Assembly (NCBI GenBank): GCA_039920245.1
Contig: JBDSEE010000120.1
Location: 27,036-91,035 of the forward strand
Direction of reading: 5' to 3'
Origin: Ferruginibacter sp.
GTDB taxonomy: Bacteria; Bacteroidota; Bacteroidia; Chitinophagales; Chitinophagaceae
Length of the DNA: 64,000 nt
The position numbers and the translations under genes were made by a program. This document shows, in pieces, positions 18,261 through 25,721 of the stretch. Below the pieces are notes generated by a model. It did not search any database. It was not told the origin of the DNA and saw nothing but the letters and a program-made list of their open reading frames with translations. Positions within the stretch are counted from its first letter, which is position 1; the number at the start of each line of letters is the position of its first letter.

Positions 18261-18503
18261 TCAATTAAGCAATGTACCTTTTAATCCATAATTACTTGCT
18301 TCTATTGCATAAAGAACTACATTTTTTTCTGGCTCGGTCCTGTTCTCATAGCGATATGCTTCCGTTATTTCCAGTTCATGAGTCTTGAAATTCAAGTCTT
18401 TTTCCGGGCAATGGAAATAGTTATTTTTTTTTATAAAATGGTGGGTATATCCTTCATTTTGTAAATGTTCCAATGCATTTTCTATACTGGTGTAATCGGT
18501 CAT
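18261..18503 (-). CDS. Small Bacteroidota-family hypothetical protein, short form (paralog of 22795-23148)
   Basis: MTDYTSIENALEHLQNEGYT...YRYENRTEPEKNVVLYAIE...GLKGTLLN, ending in TGA TAA TAA. Start set at ATG 18503. Confidence 0.7.
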   Translation of the reverse strand: MTDYTSIENALEHLQNEGYTHHFIKKNNYFHCPEKDLNFKTHELEITEAYRYENRTEPEKNVVLYAIEASNYGLKGTLLN

Positions 18504-18546
18504 ACTTCTATAATTAAAGAGAAGCCCAGCCTCGATAAATTTACTA

Positions 18547-19002
18547 TCAGGCGAAACGGGCATTATTTAGCATTTTAATTTTCATAAAAGAAATTCTCAA
18601 GGCGTTTAACTGGTACAGCATTATATTTCTAAGGTTTGCAAGAGGTAGGTATTCATTTAAAAGATCATTATAAGCATTAATAATGCTGTTTTCAGAATTG
18701 GTGCAAATATTAGTAAGCTCATTCCCTTTGCCGGGAATATATGATGGGCTGGTATTTTCAAATCTTTCGAAGTAATCCATGAGGATATCTGTATCAAGCC
18801 GGTATGGAATACCGTAGGTTTTAAGTTGCGCAGTGATTTCATCTGCATATTGAATGCTTTCTGCTGATAAGCCATATAGAGCTGTTCGAAGATTACAATC
18901 TTCAACTTCTTCTGCTACAATTTCAAATGCAGCCTTATTACTGCATAAAAATTTTAGAAGTCCGCATAACTTATCAGAAACGCTGTTGTTTAAAACTTCC
19001 AT
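18547..19002 (-). CDS. Divergent ferritin-like four-helix bundle (DUF2383/PA2169-like)
   Basis: AFEIVAEEVEDCNLRTAL and SENSIINAYNDLL helical pattern. Confidence 0.6.
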   Translation of the reverse strand: MEVLNNSVSDKLCGLLKFLCSNKAAFEIVAEEVEDCNLRTALYGLSAESIQYADEITAQLKTYGIPYRLDTDILMDYFERFENTSPSYIPGKGNELTNICTNSENSIINAYNDLLNEYLPLANLRNIMLYQLNALRISFMKIKMLNNARFA

Positions 19003-19064
19003 GTGGAATGGGGGAATTTATAGTTTACATATTCAATGGCAATCACTCTCCACTAAGATTCAAT

Positions 19065-19079
19065 GAATAAACTATGCCA
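19065..19079 (-). promoter_or_regulatory. Sigma54-like element (TGGCATAGTTTATTC)
   Basis: 63 nt upstream of the ATG at 19002. Confidence 0.4.
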
Positions 19080-19149
19080 CTATATTTAAGAGATACAAGT
19101 GGTTAATACTAAACAAAAAAAGGAATTTTTAAAAATAGGAGGAAGTGGA

Positions 19150-19167
19150 TGAGGAAATATTTCTACT
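19150..19167. promoter_or_regulatory. Palindromic candidate enhancer TGAGGA-AATATT-TCTACT
   Basis: About 80 bp upstream of the 19065 box. Confidence 0.55.
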
Positions 19168-19179
19168 TATTGAGGCGAT

Positions 19180-19584
19180 CTAATTTAGTAGCTGTTCTAC
19201 AGTTTTATAAATAACGTCCCTGGTAAAAGGTTTACCAATAAAATAGTCGGCACCTGCTTTCATTGCCTGGTTTCTGTCAGCGGCTGTGTCATGTGCAGTA
19301 ATCATAACAATTTTTACAGTTGGATAGTTGCTCTTGATAAACTGAATAAAGTTCATTCCCTGTCCATCAGGAAGGTGGTTATCAAGAAAAATTATTCCTG
19401 GTGTTTCGTTCTTCAATGCTACAGCAGCGTTAGATAGTGTAGTTACGTACTCGGCTTCTAAATTTTTTTGCTTTAAAAGGGTACTTAACAGATAGCATAT
19501 ATCCGTTTCGTCATCTATAATTAAGACTTTCAAAATATCATCTTTTATATAAGTGTGGGATTTTGTTGTTTCATTAGTTTTCAT
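19180..19584 (-). CDS. Single-domain response regulator (CheY-like receiver)
   Basis: VLIIDDE, IFLDNHLPDG, MITAH and FIGKPF. Confidence 0.93.
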   Translation of the reverse strand: MKTNETTKSHTYIKDDILKVLIIDDETDICYLLSTLLKQKNLEAEYVTTLSNAAVALKNETPGIIFLDNHLPDGQGMNFIQFIKSNYPTVKIVMITAHDTAADRNQAMKAGADYFIGKPFTRDVIYKTVEQLLN

Positions 19585-19597
19585 AAACTATAAAAAG

Positions 19598-19612
19598 TCA
19601 ATTTTATTGCCA
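19598..19612 (-). promoter_or_regulatory. Sigma54-like element (TGGCAATAAAATTGA)
   Basis: GG-N10-GA, only 14 nt from the ATG at 19584, so the leader would be very short. Confidence 0.45.
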
Positions 19613-19856
19613 ACGACATTTTTATAAATTTATAAATTATAGATATATCTTTATTCGGGTAAATTTAACAAAAAGCATACCCTGTCCAATGTCTGTATTA
19701 TATTGAACTTCAAACTTTAAACAATCTTCGTTACTTGTTATTAGGTAAAAGACGCTTTAAAATATTTACCCGTAAATATGAAAAAAGTAAAAAATTTTAC
19801 GTGATGGGAATCTTGATTGAGGAAAATATGACAGGTGATGTGAGGAATTTGTTACA

Positions 19857-19871
19857 TGGTACAATTATAGC
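19857..19871 (+). promoter_or_regulatory. Sigma54 -24/-12 promoter (TGGTACAATTATAGC)
   Basis: Canonical GG-N10-GC, 25 nt upstream of the yihY-like ATG; likely also drives the NtrC-type gene. Confidence 0.6.
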
Positions 19872-19895
19872 AATCAATGCATTGATTGGTTAAGA

Positions 19896-20822
19896 ATGAA
19901 AAAAAAAATTTGGTCTTTTTTCCGATTTAATAAGCAGGTATTTACAGAATTCATAGCAGACAATGTGCTTAAGTACAGTGCTTCTTTGGCCTATTATACA
20001 ATATTATCATTGGCTCCTCTGCTTATTATTATTCTATATATCTGTGGTTTATTGTTTGGAAAAGTGGCTATCTCAGGCGAATTATATAATCAGATGAAAG
20101 ACTTGGTAGGGAATTCTGCAGCACTTGAAGTCCAGTCCGCTATTCAGAACATTCATTTAAGTAAAGGGAATGTATTGGCAACATCGCTGGGTGCAATAAT
20201 ATTGTTTATAGGAGCTACGGGTATATTTGGTGAAATGCAGGATTCATTAAATAAGATTTGGGGATTGCGTACAAAAACCCGGAAAGTTTGGTGGAAATTA
20301 TTATTAGACAGAGCTATTTCATTCTCGTTAATTATTAGTCTCGGTTTTGTACTCATCGTTTCATTACTTATTAATGCGTTAGTTGCGGCTATAAGTACCA
20401 AAGTAGGAAGTATTTTCCTGGGCACCGGAGAAGAAGTTTTGATGATATTGGATAATATTACCTCTGTTGCCATCACAACTTTATTATTTGGTACTATTTT
20501 TAAAGTATTGCCTGATGCAAAAATAAAATGGAAAGATGTAATGATCGGTGCCCTGATTACATCATTGTTATTTATGCTGGGTAAATATGCAATAGGCTAT
20601 TACCTGGTCAAATCAAATCTTGCAGATATATACGGGGCAGCAGGATCTGTTATGATTATGATGATTTGGGTTTACTATAGTTCAGCTATTTTGTACCTTG
20701 GAGCAGTATTTACAAAAGTGTATGCAAGTAATTTCGGTGGCAAAATTTATCCGAGCGATTTTGCTGTATGGATAAAAATTGAAGAAGTGCCGGTACCTGA
20801 TGTTACTTTAAATGAAAAGTAA
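19896..20822 (+). CDS. YihY/virulence factor BrkB family membrane protein
   Basis: SASLAYYTILSLAPLL, LNKIW and YGAAGSVMIMMIWVYYS motifs. Confidence 0.93.
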   Translation: MKKKIWSFFRFNKQVFTEFIADNVLKYSASLAYYTILSLAPLLIIILYICGLLFGKVAISGELYNQMKDLVGNSAALEVQSAIQNIHLSKGNVLATSLGAIILFIGATGIFGEMQDSLNKIWGLRTKTRKVWWKLLLDRAISFSLIISLGFVLIVSLLINALVAAISTKVGSIFLGTGEEVLMILDNITSVAITTLLFGTIFKVLPDAKIKWKDVMIGALITSLLFMLGKYAIGYYLVKSNLADIYGAAGSVMIMMIWVYYSSAILYLGAVFTKVYASNFGGKIYPSDFAVWIKIEEVPVPDVTLNEK

Positions 20823-20854
20823 AAAATTACCCATATAAAAAATAAATAATAATT

Positions 20855-22303
20855 ATGAAGAAAAAGGTACTTATTATAGATGATGATCTGGATATGTGTA
20901 CACTTTTAAGTCGCTTTCTTACCCGTAATGGATACCAGGTTGACTCGGCACATTCAGGCGCAAAAGGGATTTTAAAATTTAAAGAAGAAAATTTTGATAT
21001 CGTGATATGCGATTATCGCCTGGGAGATAAAGAAGGCAAGGATGTACTCCAGGAAATTAAAGCTATTTCGCCACGAACTATTGTATTAATAATCACAGGA
21101 TATTCAGATATCAAAACAGCTGTAGATGTTATTAAAATGGGTGCATATGATTATATAACAAAGCCATTGGTGCCAGATGAAGTACTGACAGTTTTGAATA
21201 ATGCGCTGAATAGTGTTAATGACGGTGGTTCTGCATCTAATGCCGCATTAAATGCAAATATTAAAGGCATTACTTCAAAACTTTCCGGTGCAAAACATCT
21301 CACTATAAACAATGAGTTTCTGGTAGGAGAAGCGGGAACAACAAAGGATCTGTATAACCAGATAGAAATAGTTGCTCCAACTAATTACAGCATCATTTTA
21401 TATGGAGAGAGCGGCACCGGTAAAGAAGTTATTGCAAAAACAATCCATAGCCTTAGTGACCGGAGAGATAAACCATTTGTGGCAATGGATTGCGGTACGC
21501 TATCCAAAGAACTTTCGGGTAGCGAACTTTTTGGTCATGTGAAAGGAGCATTTACCGGAGCGCTTACAGACAAAGAAGGACATTTTGAACTTGCGAATGG
21601 AGGTACCTTATTTTTAGACGAAGTAGCAAATCTTTCTTATGAAATTCAGGCATCTCTGTTAAGGGTGATACAAGAACGAAAATTTAAAAGAGTTGGTGGC
21701 AATAAAGAAATGCCGGTGGATGTTCGCATCATTGTAGCCTCAAATGAAAACCTTCAGGAAGCTTACAGGAAAGGCAAGTTCAGGGAAGATCTTTATCATA
21801 GGTTCAATGAATTCTCCATTAATCTTCCGCCACTAAGAGAAAGAAAAAAAGACATTCCATTGTTTGCAAATTTCTTTTTGCAAAAAGCTAAGGCAGAATT
21901 AAACCGGGATATAGATGATTTTGATAATGAAGTAATGCAAATGTTTACAAGCTATTCATGGCCTGGAAACCTACGGGAGTTTAGGAATGTAGTTCGCAGG
22001 GCTGTTCTTCTTACACAGGAAGGAAAGATCAGTGCAAAAACACTTCCCTGGGAAATTACCAATCCATCAGATTCGCCGCTGTCTCATACACCTCACCCCG
22101 GTTCCATAGCCGAGGAACAACCCGTAATTTTTGTTAAAAAAGACTATGACCTTAAAGATGCTGCCAGCAAAGCAGAATACGAAGCCATCATGAATGTCCT
22201 GAAAGAAGTGAATTTTAATAAAACCAAGGCAGCAGAAATATTAAAGATCGACCGTAAAACACTTTATAATAAAATAAAAAGTTTTGAAGAATCGAATAAC
22301 TAG
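20855..22303 (+). CDS. Sigma54-dependent response regulator (REC-AAA+-Fis HTH, NtrC family)
   Basis: REC domain, GESGTGKE, intact GAFTGA, LFLDEV, WPGNLRE and a C-terminal KAAEILKIDRKTLYNK helix-turn-helix. Confidence 0.96.
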   Translation: MKKKVLIIDDDLDMCTLLSRFLTRNGYQVDSAHSGAKGILKFKEENFDIVICDYRLGDKEGKDVLQEIKAISPRTIVLIITGYSDIKTAVDVIKMGAYDYITKPLVPDEVLTVLNNALNSVNDGGSASNAALNANIKGITSKLSGAKHLTINNEFLVGEAGTTKDLYNQIEIVAPTNYSIILYGESGTGKEVIAKTIHSLSDRRDKPFVAMDCGTLSKELSGSELFGHVKGAFTGALTDKEGHFELANGGTLFLDEVANLSYEIQASLLRVIQERKFKRVGGNKEMPVDVRIIVASNENLQEAYRKGKFREDLYHRFNEFSINLPPLRERKKDIPLFANFFLQKAKAELNRDIDDFDNEVMQMFTSYSWPGNLREFRNVVRRAVLLTQEGKISAKTLPWEITNPSDSPLSHTPHPGSIAEEQPVIFVKKDYDLKDAASKAEYEAIMNVLKEVNFNKTKAAEILKIDRKTLYNKIKSFEESNN

Positions 22304-22324
22304 GCTTAATCATATATACGGTTA

Positions 22325-22465
22325 GCATCTTGCCTGGTTACACACGAGGAAAAGCCACTTTCTATTCTATGCATTAGTAATGATACAGGCCCCTCATTTT
22401 ATTAGTGGGGTCGTCGATGGTATTGTGATTTAATAAATAGCCAAGCTGTAACCAGGAGGGTAAGA
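22325..22465. ncRNA. Candidate structured non-coding RNA (6S-like rod)
   Basis: Perfect 10-bp closing helix CCTGGTTACA (22333-22342) / TGTAACCAGG (22447-22456), internal helices and an apical CCCC/GGGG stem. Strand not resolved. Confidence 0.45.
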
Positions 22466-22794
22466 AAGGAAAAATGTTATTGCGTTGAGATCCAATAATT
22501 TCTTTCATCATATTGCAGACAAGGTTGTATTATATCTGCAATCAATGCGGGTAAAAATTAATTGCTACAGTTTAAATTCATCAGTATGGTTTACCGCCTG
22601 TAAATTAGGATCTACCATTTTTTTTATTTGTGTAATCAAAGATGGTCCTTTACTGCTTTTAGGAGTTGTGTGCTCTTAATTTCTTATTTACAGCTATATT
22701 AAAATTTCGGGAAAACCATTACATAAAAAGCGGTATAAATTTGGATAATAAAGCGAAGTAACCCCGATTTCAGAACCAGATAAAATTATAAGTT

Positions 22795-23148
22795 ATGTCA
22801 AATACTTCTCATGATGAAATGGATACTCTAAGTACGGTTATGGAAAAACTGAGGCTTAAAAAACAAGACAATGAATTTCGAATGCTGGAAAAAGGATTTG
22901 GTAGCGGGAATGGAAAATATTATCAGCCCAACGAACTAAAAATAATTCGCACCTATCGTTTTGAAGGAGACTCAAATCCTGCAGATAATAGTATTCTTTA
23001 CCTTATCGAAGCAAACGATGGTAAAATAGGATATAGTATCGATGCCTATGGTGTATATAGTAACAACGATGATGAGCGATATGATGATTTTATCAGGAAA
23101 ATTCCTATGGAAGAAAGAGATGAGCAACAGATCTTTGGTGAAAATTAA
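22795..23148 (+). CDS. Conserved Bacteroidota hypothetical protein (YRFEGxSNP...DAYG family)
   Basis: TYRFEGDSNPADNSILYLIE...GYSIDAYGVYS; paralog of 18261-18503. Confidence 0.8.
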   Translation: MSNTSHDEMDTLSTVMEKLRLKKQDNEFRMLEKGFGSGNGKYYQPNELKIIRTYRFEGDSNPADNSILYLIEANDGKIGYSIDAYGVYSNNDDERYDDFIRKIPMEERDEQQIFGEN

Positions 23149-23219
23149 CATGGGGTTTAGCAAGATTTTATAGATACGTAAATTGCCAGTACCTTTTAAG
23201 TGGATAGAAATTAAGCAAT

Positions 23220-24674
23220 ATGCAAGCAACTGATTGGGCTTTAAAGATTTTGATAATAGATGATGATGAAGATGATTTTTTTATTACCAGCGAATATATC
23301 CGCAGCATACCAGGTAATAAATACAAGATAGACTGGTGTTATAAATATGATGAGGCGCTTGCACATGTACATAAGCGGCAATATGATCTTTACTTCGTAG
23401 ATTATCATCTTGGTGCCCGCACAGGATTGGATCTCATAAAAGAAGCTTCTCACCAAAAAATAGAAGAGCCTTTTATTTTGCTTACAGGAAAGGGTAATCA
23501 AAAAATTGACATTGAGGCTATGCAGGCAGGAGCTGTAGATTACCTGGTAAAATCTGAAATGGATACTGAAAAAATGGAACGCTGTATAAGGTATTCCATT
23601 GAGCGGTCCAGGGCAGTAAAGGCATTAAAGGCTAATGAACGAAAGTTTAGAAAGATATTTGAACGATCAACCGATGCAGTGTTTTTAATAGATGAAAATT
23701 TTGTTTTCGTTGATGTTAACGATGCTAGCACACGCCTGTTTGAATATAGCCATAAGGAAATTCATCAGCTGAACTTATTTACACTCTTTGATAATGAAGA
23801 GGACATTGCCTTAGTACAATCGCAATTGCAGTATTCAAAAGAGGTAGAAGATAAAGAAGTGCTGATGAAAACTAAAACGGGTAATTTAAGAAACTGCATA
23901 CTTTCTTTATCGCAGGAAAAAAATCAAAATGGGTTTTATTACCAGGGGTTAATACATGACATAACTAATCTGAAAAAAGCAGAGAAGGCAATGTTGCGTA
24001 CAGAAAAAAGAAATGTTGCAGACAGGCTTGTACACGTTCTGGCACATGAGGTTAGAAACCCCTTGAATAATATTAATCTGTCTCTTGAACAGTTATCCCC
24101 AGACGTTCTGGAATCTGACAATAGAATTTTCATAGACATCATACAACGGAATAGTAAGCGTATTGAGAGCCTGATAACGGAACTTTTAAATAGTAGCCGG
24201 CCTGCATCAATTAAGCTTGAAGAAATCTCTTTGCAATACATAGTAGAAGAAAGTTTAGCTGTGGCAAAAGACCGGCTTACGCTGAAGAAAATTTCATTAA
24301 TGAAAGTTTTCCCAGATGAAGATTATACCATAATGGCTGATGAAGAAAAACTGAAAATAGCAATACTTAATATTGTACTAAATGCTGTAGAGGCAATGAC
24401 AGAAGGGGATGGTAAACTTACGGTTGAAATAAGGAAGGAATCAGGAAAGATTCAGTTAACAATATCAGACAATGGGTGCGGTATAAGCGATGAAAATCTG
24501 CAGAGATTATTTGAGCCTTACTTTACAGCAAAAAGAAATGGTATGGGCCTGGGCCTGGCTACTACTATTAATATTTTGCAATCCCATAAAGCAGAAGTAG
24601 AAGTTAAATCTAAACTTGATGAAGGAACAAGCTTTATTTTAAGCTTTTTTGAAACAGATCAAATGAGCGAGTAA
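23220..24674 (+). CDS. Hybrid sensor histidine kinase (REC-PAS-HisKA-HATPase)
   Basis: ILIIDDDEDD REC, a PAS domain, LAHEVRNPL H-box, NAVEA and GMGLGLA. Confidence 0.95.
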   Translation: MQATDWALKILIIDDDEDDFFITSEYIRSIPGNKYKIDWCYKYDEALAHVHKRQYDLYFVDYHLGARTGLDLIKEASHQKIEEPFILLTGKGNQKIDIEAMQAGAVDYLVKSEMDTEKMERCIRYSIERSRAVKALKANERKFRKIFERSTDAVFLIDENFVFVDVNDASTRLFEYSHKEIHQLNLFTLFDNEEDIALVQSQLQYSKEVEDKEVLMKTKTGNLRNCILSLSQEKNQNGFYYQGLIHDITNLKKAEKAMLRTEKRNVADRLVHVLAHEVRNPLNNINLSLEQLSPDVLESDNRIFIDIIQRNSKRIESLITELLNSSRPASIKLEEISLQYIVEESLAVAKDRLTLKKISLMKVFPDEDYTIMADEEKLKIAILNIVLNAVEAMTEGDGKLTVEIRKESGKIQLTISDNGCGISDENLQRLFEPYFTAKRNGMGLGLATTINILQSHKAEVEVKSKLDEGTSFILSFFETDQMSE

Positions 24675-25144
24675 AGCGGCAATACTTCTACCACATGCTG
24701 AATAAATTTTGAATCCAAATTTTGAATATTCATTGAGCTGTTACCCATGATCTGCCATTCTTCATTTTCCATTTCTACCAGTGTGTATAAGTACTTTTTA
24801 TTTGAGTTATATATTTCGTACATCTTGTGATTTCCTTTTAGAAATCCAACAAATCCAAAAGATACTAATTTGCCCTGCATATGTTGTTTATGCCAGGTTA
24901 GCATTTTTGGTACGTGTACAGGCTGGCGCATAAACGGCCGGATACCTGATCCTATCATTTGTGCAAGCTCGGAAAACCCAAGATCTTCCTCAATCCATTT
25001 ACCTGTTTCCACATCTGTGAAAAATATATTTTCGTAACCATTCTCAAAAAATACCTTATACATACAATGATGTCTGTTAAAGATTTCTTCAAACCACGCA
25101 CGGGTTTCTATTTCCCCCATCTTGATTTTTAAAACTTTGTTCAT
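24659..25144 (-). CDS. Hypothetical protein, apparently two tandem small beta-meander/helix units
   Basis: 161-aa ORF; the C-terminal half resembles ORF 2566-2817. Confidence 0.7.
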   Translation of the reverse strand: MNKVLKIKMGEIETRAWFEEIFNRHHCMYKVFFENGYENIFFTDVETGKWIEEDLGFSELAQMIGSGIRPFMRQPVHVPKMLTWHKQHMQGKLVSFGFVGFLKGNHKMYEIYNSNKKYLYTLVEMENEEWQIMGNSSMNIQNLDSKFIQHVVEVLPLYSLI

Positions 25145-25166
25145 ATAATGGTTTATTAAAAATATT

Positions 25167-25181
25167 TCACAAATCCTGCCA
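25167..25181 (-). promoter_or_regulatory. Sigma54-like element (TGGCAGGATTTGTGA)
   Basis: GG-N10-GA, 23 nt upstream of the ATG at 25144. Confidence 0.5.
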
Positions 25182-25271
25182 ATAAATAGTTATAAAATTT
25201 TGTGTATTTCTTGTTTTTACAACCCAATTTTTCAGGATTTTTATTATAAATAGTTACTTATTTCCTTTGTT

Positions 25272-25289
25272 TGTAGAATTAATTTCCCA
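25272..25289. promoter_or_regulatory. Candidate enhancer TGTAGA-ATTAAT-TTCCCA
   Basis: Lies between divergent sigma54-like boxes; two mismatches in the right arm. Confidence 0.45.
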
Positions 25290-25330
25290 GTTCATTTTAC
25301 ATTTATTCAAGGTCAGCAATGAAATATGGT

Positions 25331-25345
25331 TGGCATAAAAGATGA
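25331..25345 (+). promoter_or_regulatory. Sigma54-like element (TGGCATAAAAGATGA)
   Basis: GG-N10-GA. No ORF follows, only a short terminator-ended segment. Confidence 0.5.
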
Positions 25346-25356
25346 ATTATGCCTAT

Positions 25357-25418
25357 TAGGTTTTTCATAGGATATTGGATTTAAAACGGGGCTTAATTTT
25401 TATTAGGGCCCCTTTTTT
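25357..25418 (+). ncRNA. Candidate ~60-nt small RNA
   Basis: Bounded by the sigma54-like box and a GC hairpin plus T6; the 5' end is inferred from promoter geometry. Confidence 0.5.
25388..25418 (+). terminator. Intrinsic terminator
   Basis: GGGGCTTAAT-TTTT-ATTAGGGCCCC followed by TTTTTT. Confidence 0.8.
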
Positions 25419-25556
25419 ATTTTATGGCTTAATAAAAAAATAGTGATTTGTCAGAACTCGTAATCAAAAAAAAAATTCATAACATGCCCTTACGTTGTAA
25501 TGTGAAGCCAACACTAGGTTTTTATGTTATTTACTTAATAAGTTTTCTTAAAAAAT

Positions 25557-25590
25557 GCTTTGATTAATGAAAATCTGCGTATTATTGCAG
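25557..25590 (+). promoter_or_regulatory. Probable housekeeping promoter of rho (-33 TTTG / -7 TAnnTTTG-like)
   Basis: TTTG...TATTATTGCAG, a near match to the Bacteroidota consensus. Confidence 0.45.
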
Positions 25591-25721
25591 TGGAATAGGT
25601 TGAGAAGCATATCCTAATTACATTACTTCAGCATTAACCATTTCCAATCAGATAAATTTTCAACTTCAATTTTTTATTACATCAGACCGGATTTTATTGG
25701 GAAACCATTTTCTAAGACTTT

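Noticed and set aside
22374-22511. 45-codon minus-strand ORF (MMKEIIGSQ...) across the 6S-like fold, and plus-strand ORF 22485-22679
   Set aside because: No motifs and no supporting start context; the long-range base pairing is better explained by an RNA structure.
22731-22745. CGGTATAAATTTGGA as a sigma54 box for ORF 22795
   Set aside because: Too degenerate at both ends and no full dyad upstream; possible but unsupported.
22795-23148. Labels I recall for these small families (PRPP synthetase for 22795/18261; phosphatidate cytidylyltransferase for 16879)
   Set aside because: The proteins are far too short and lack the catalytic motifs of those enzymes, so they are treated as hypothetical.
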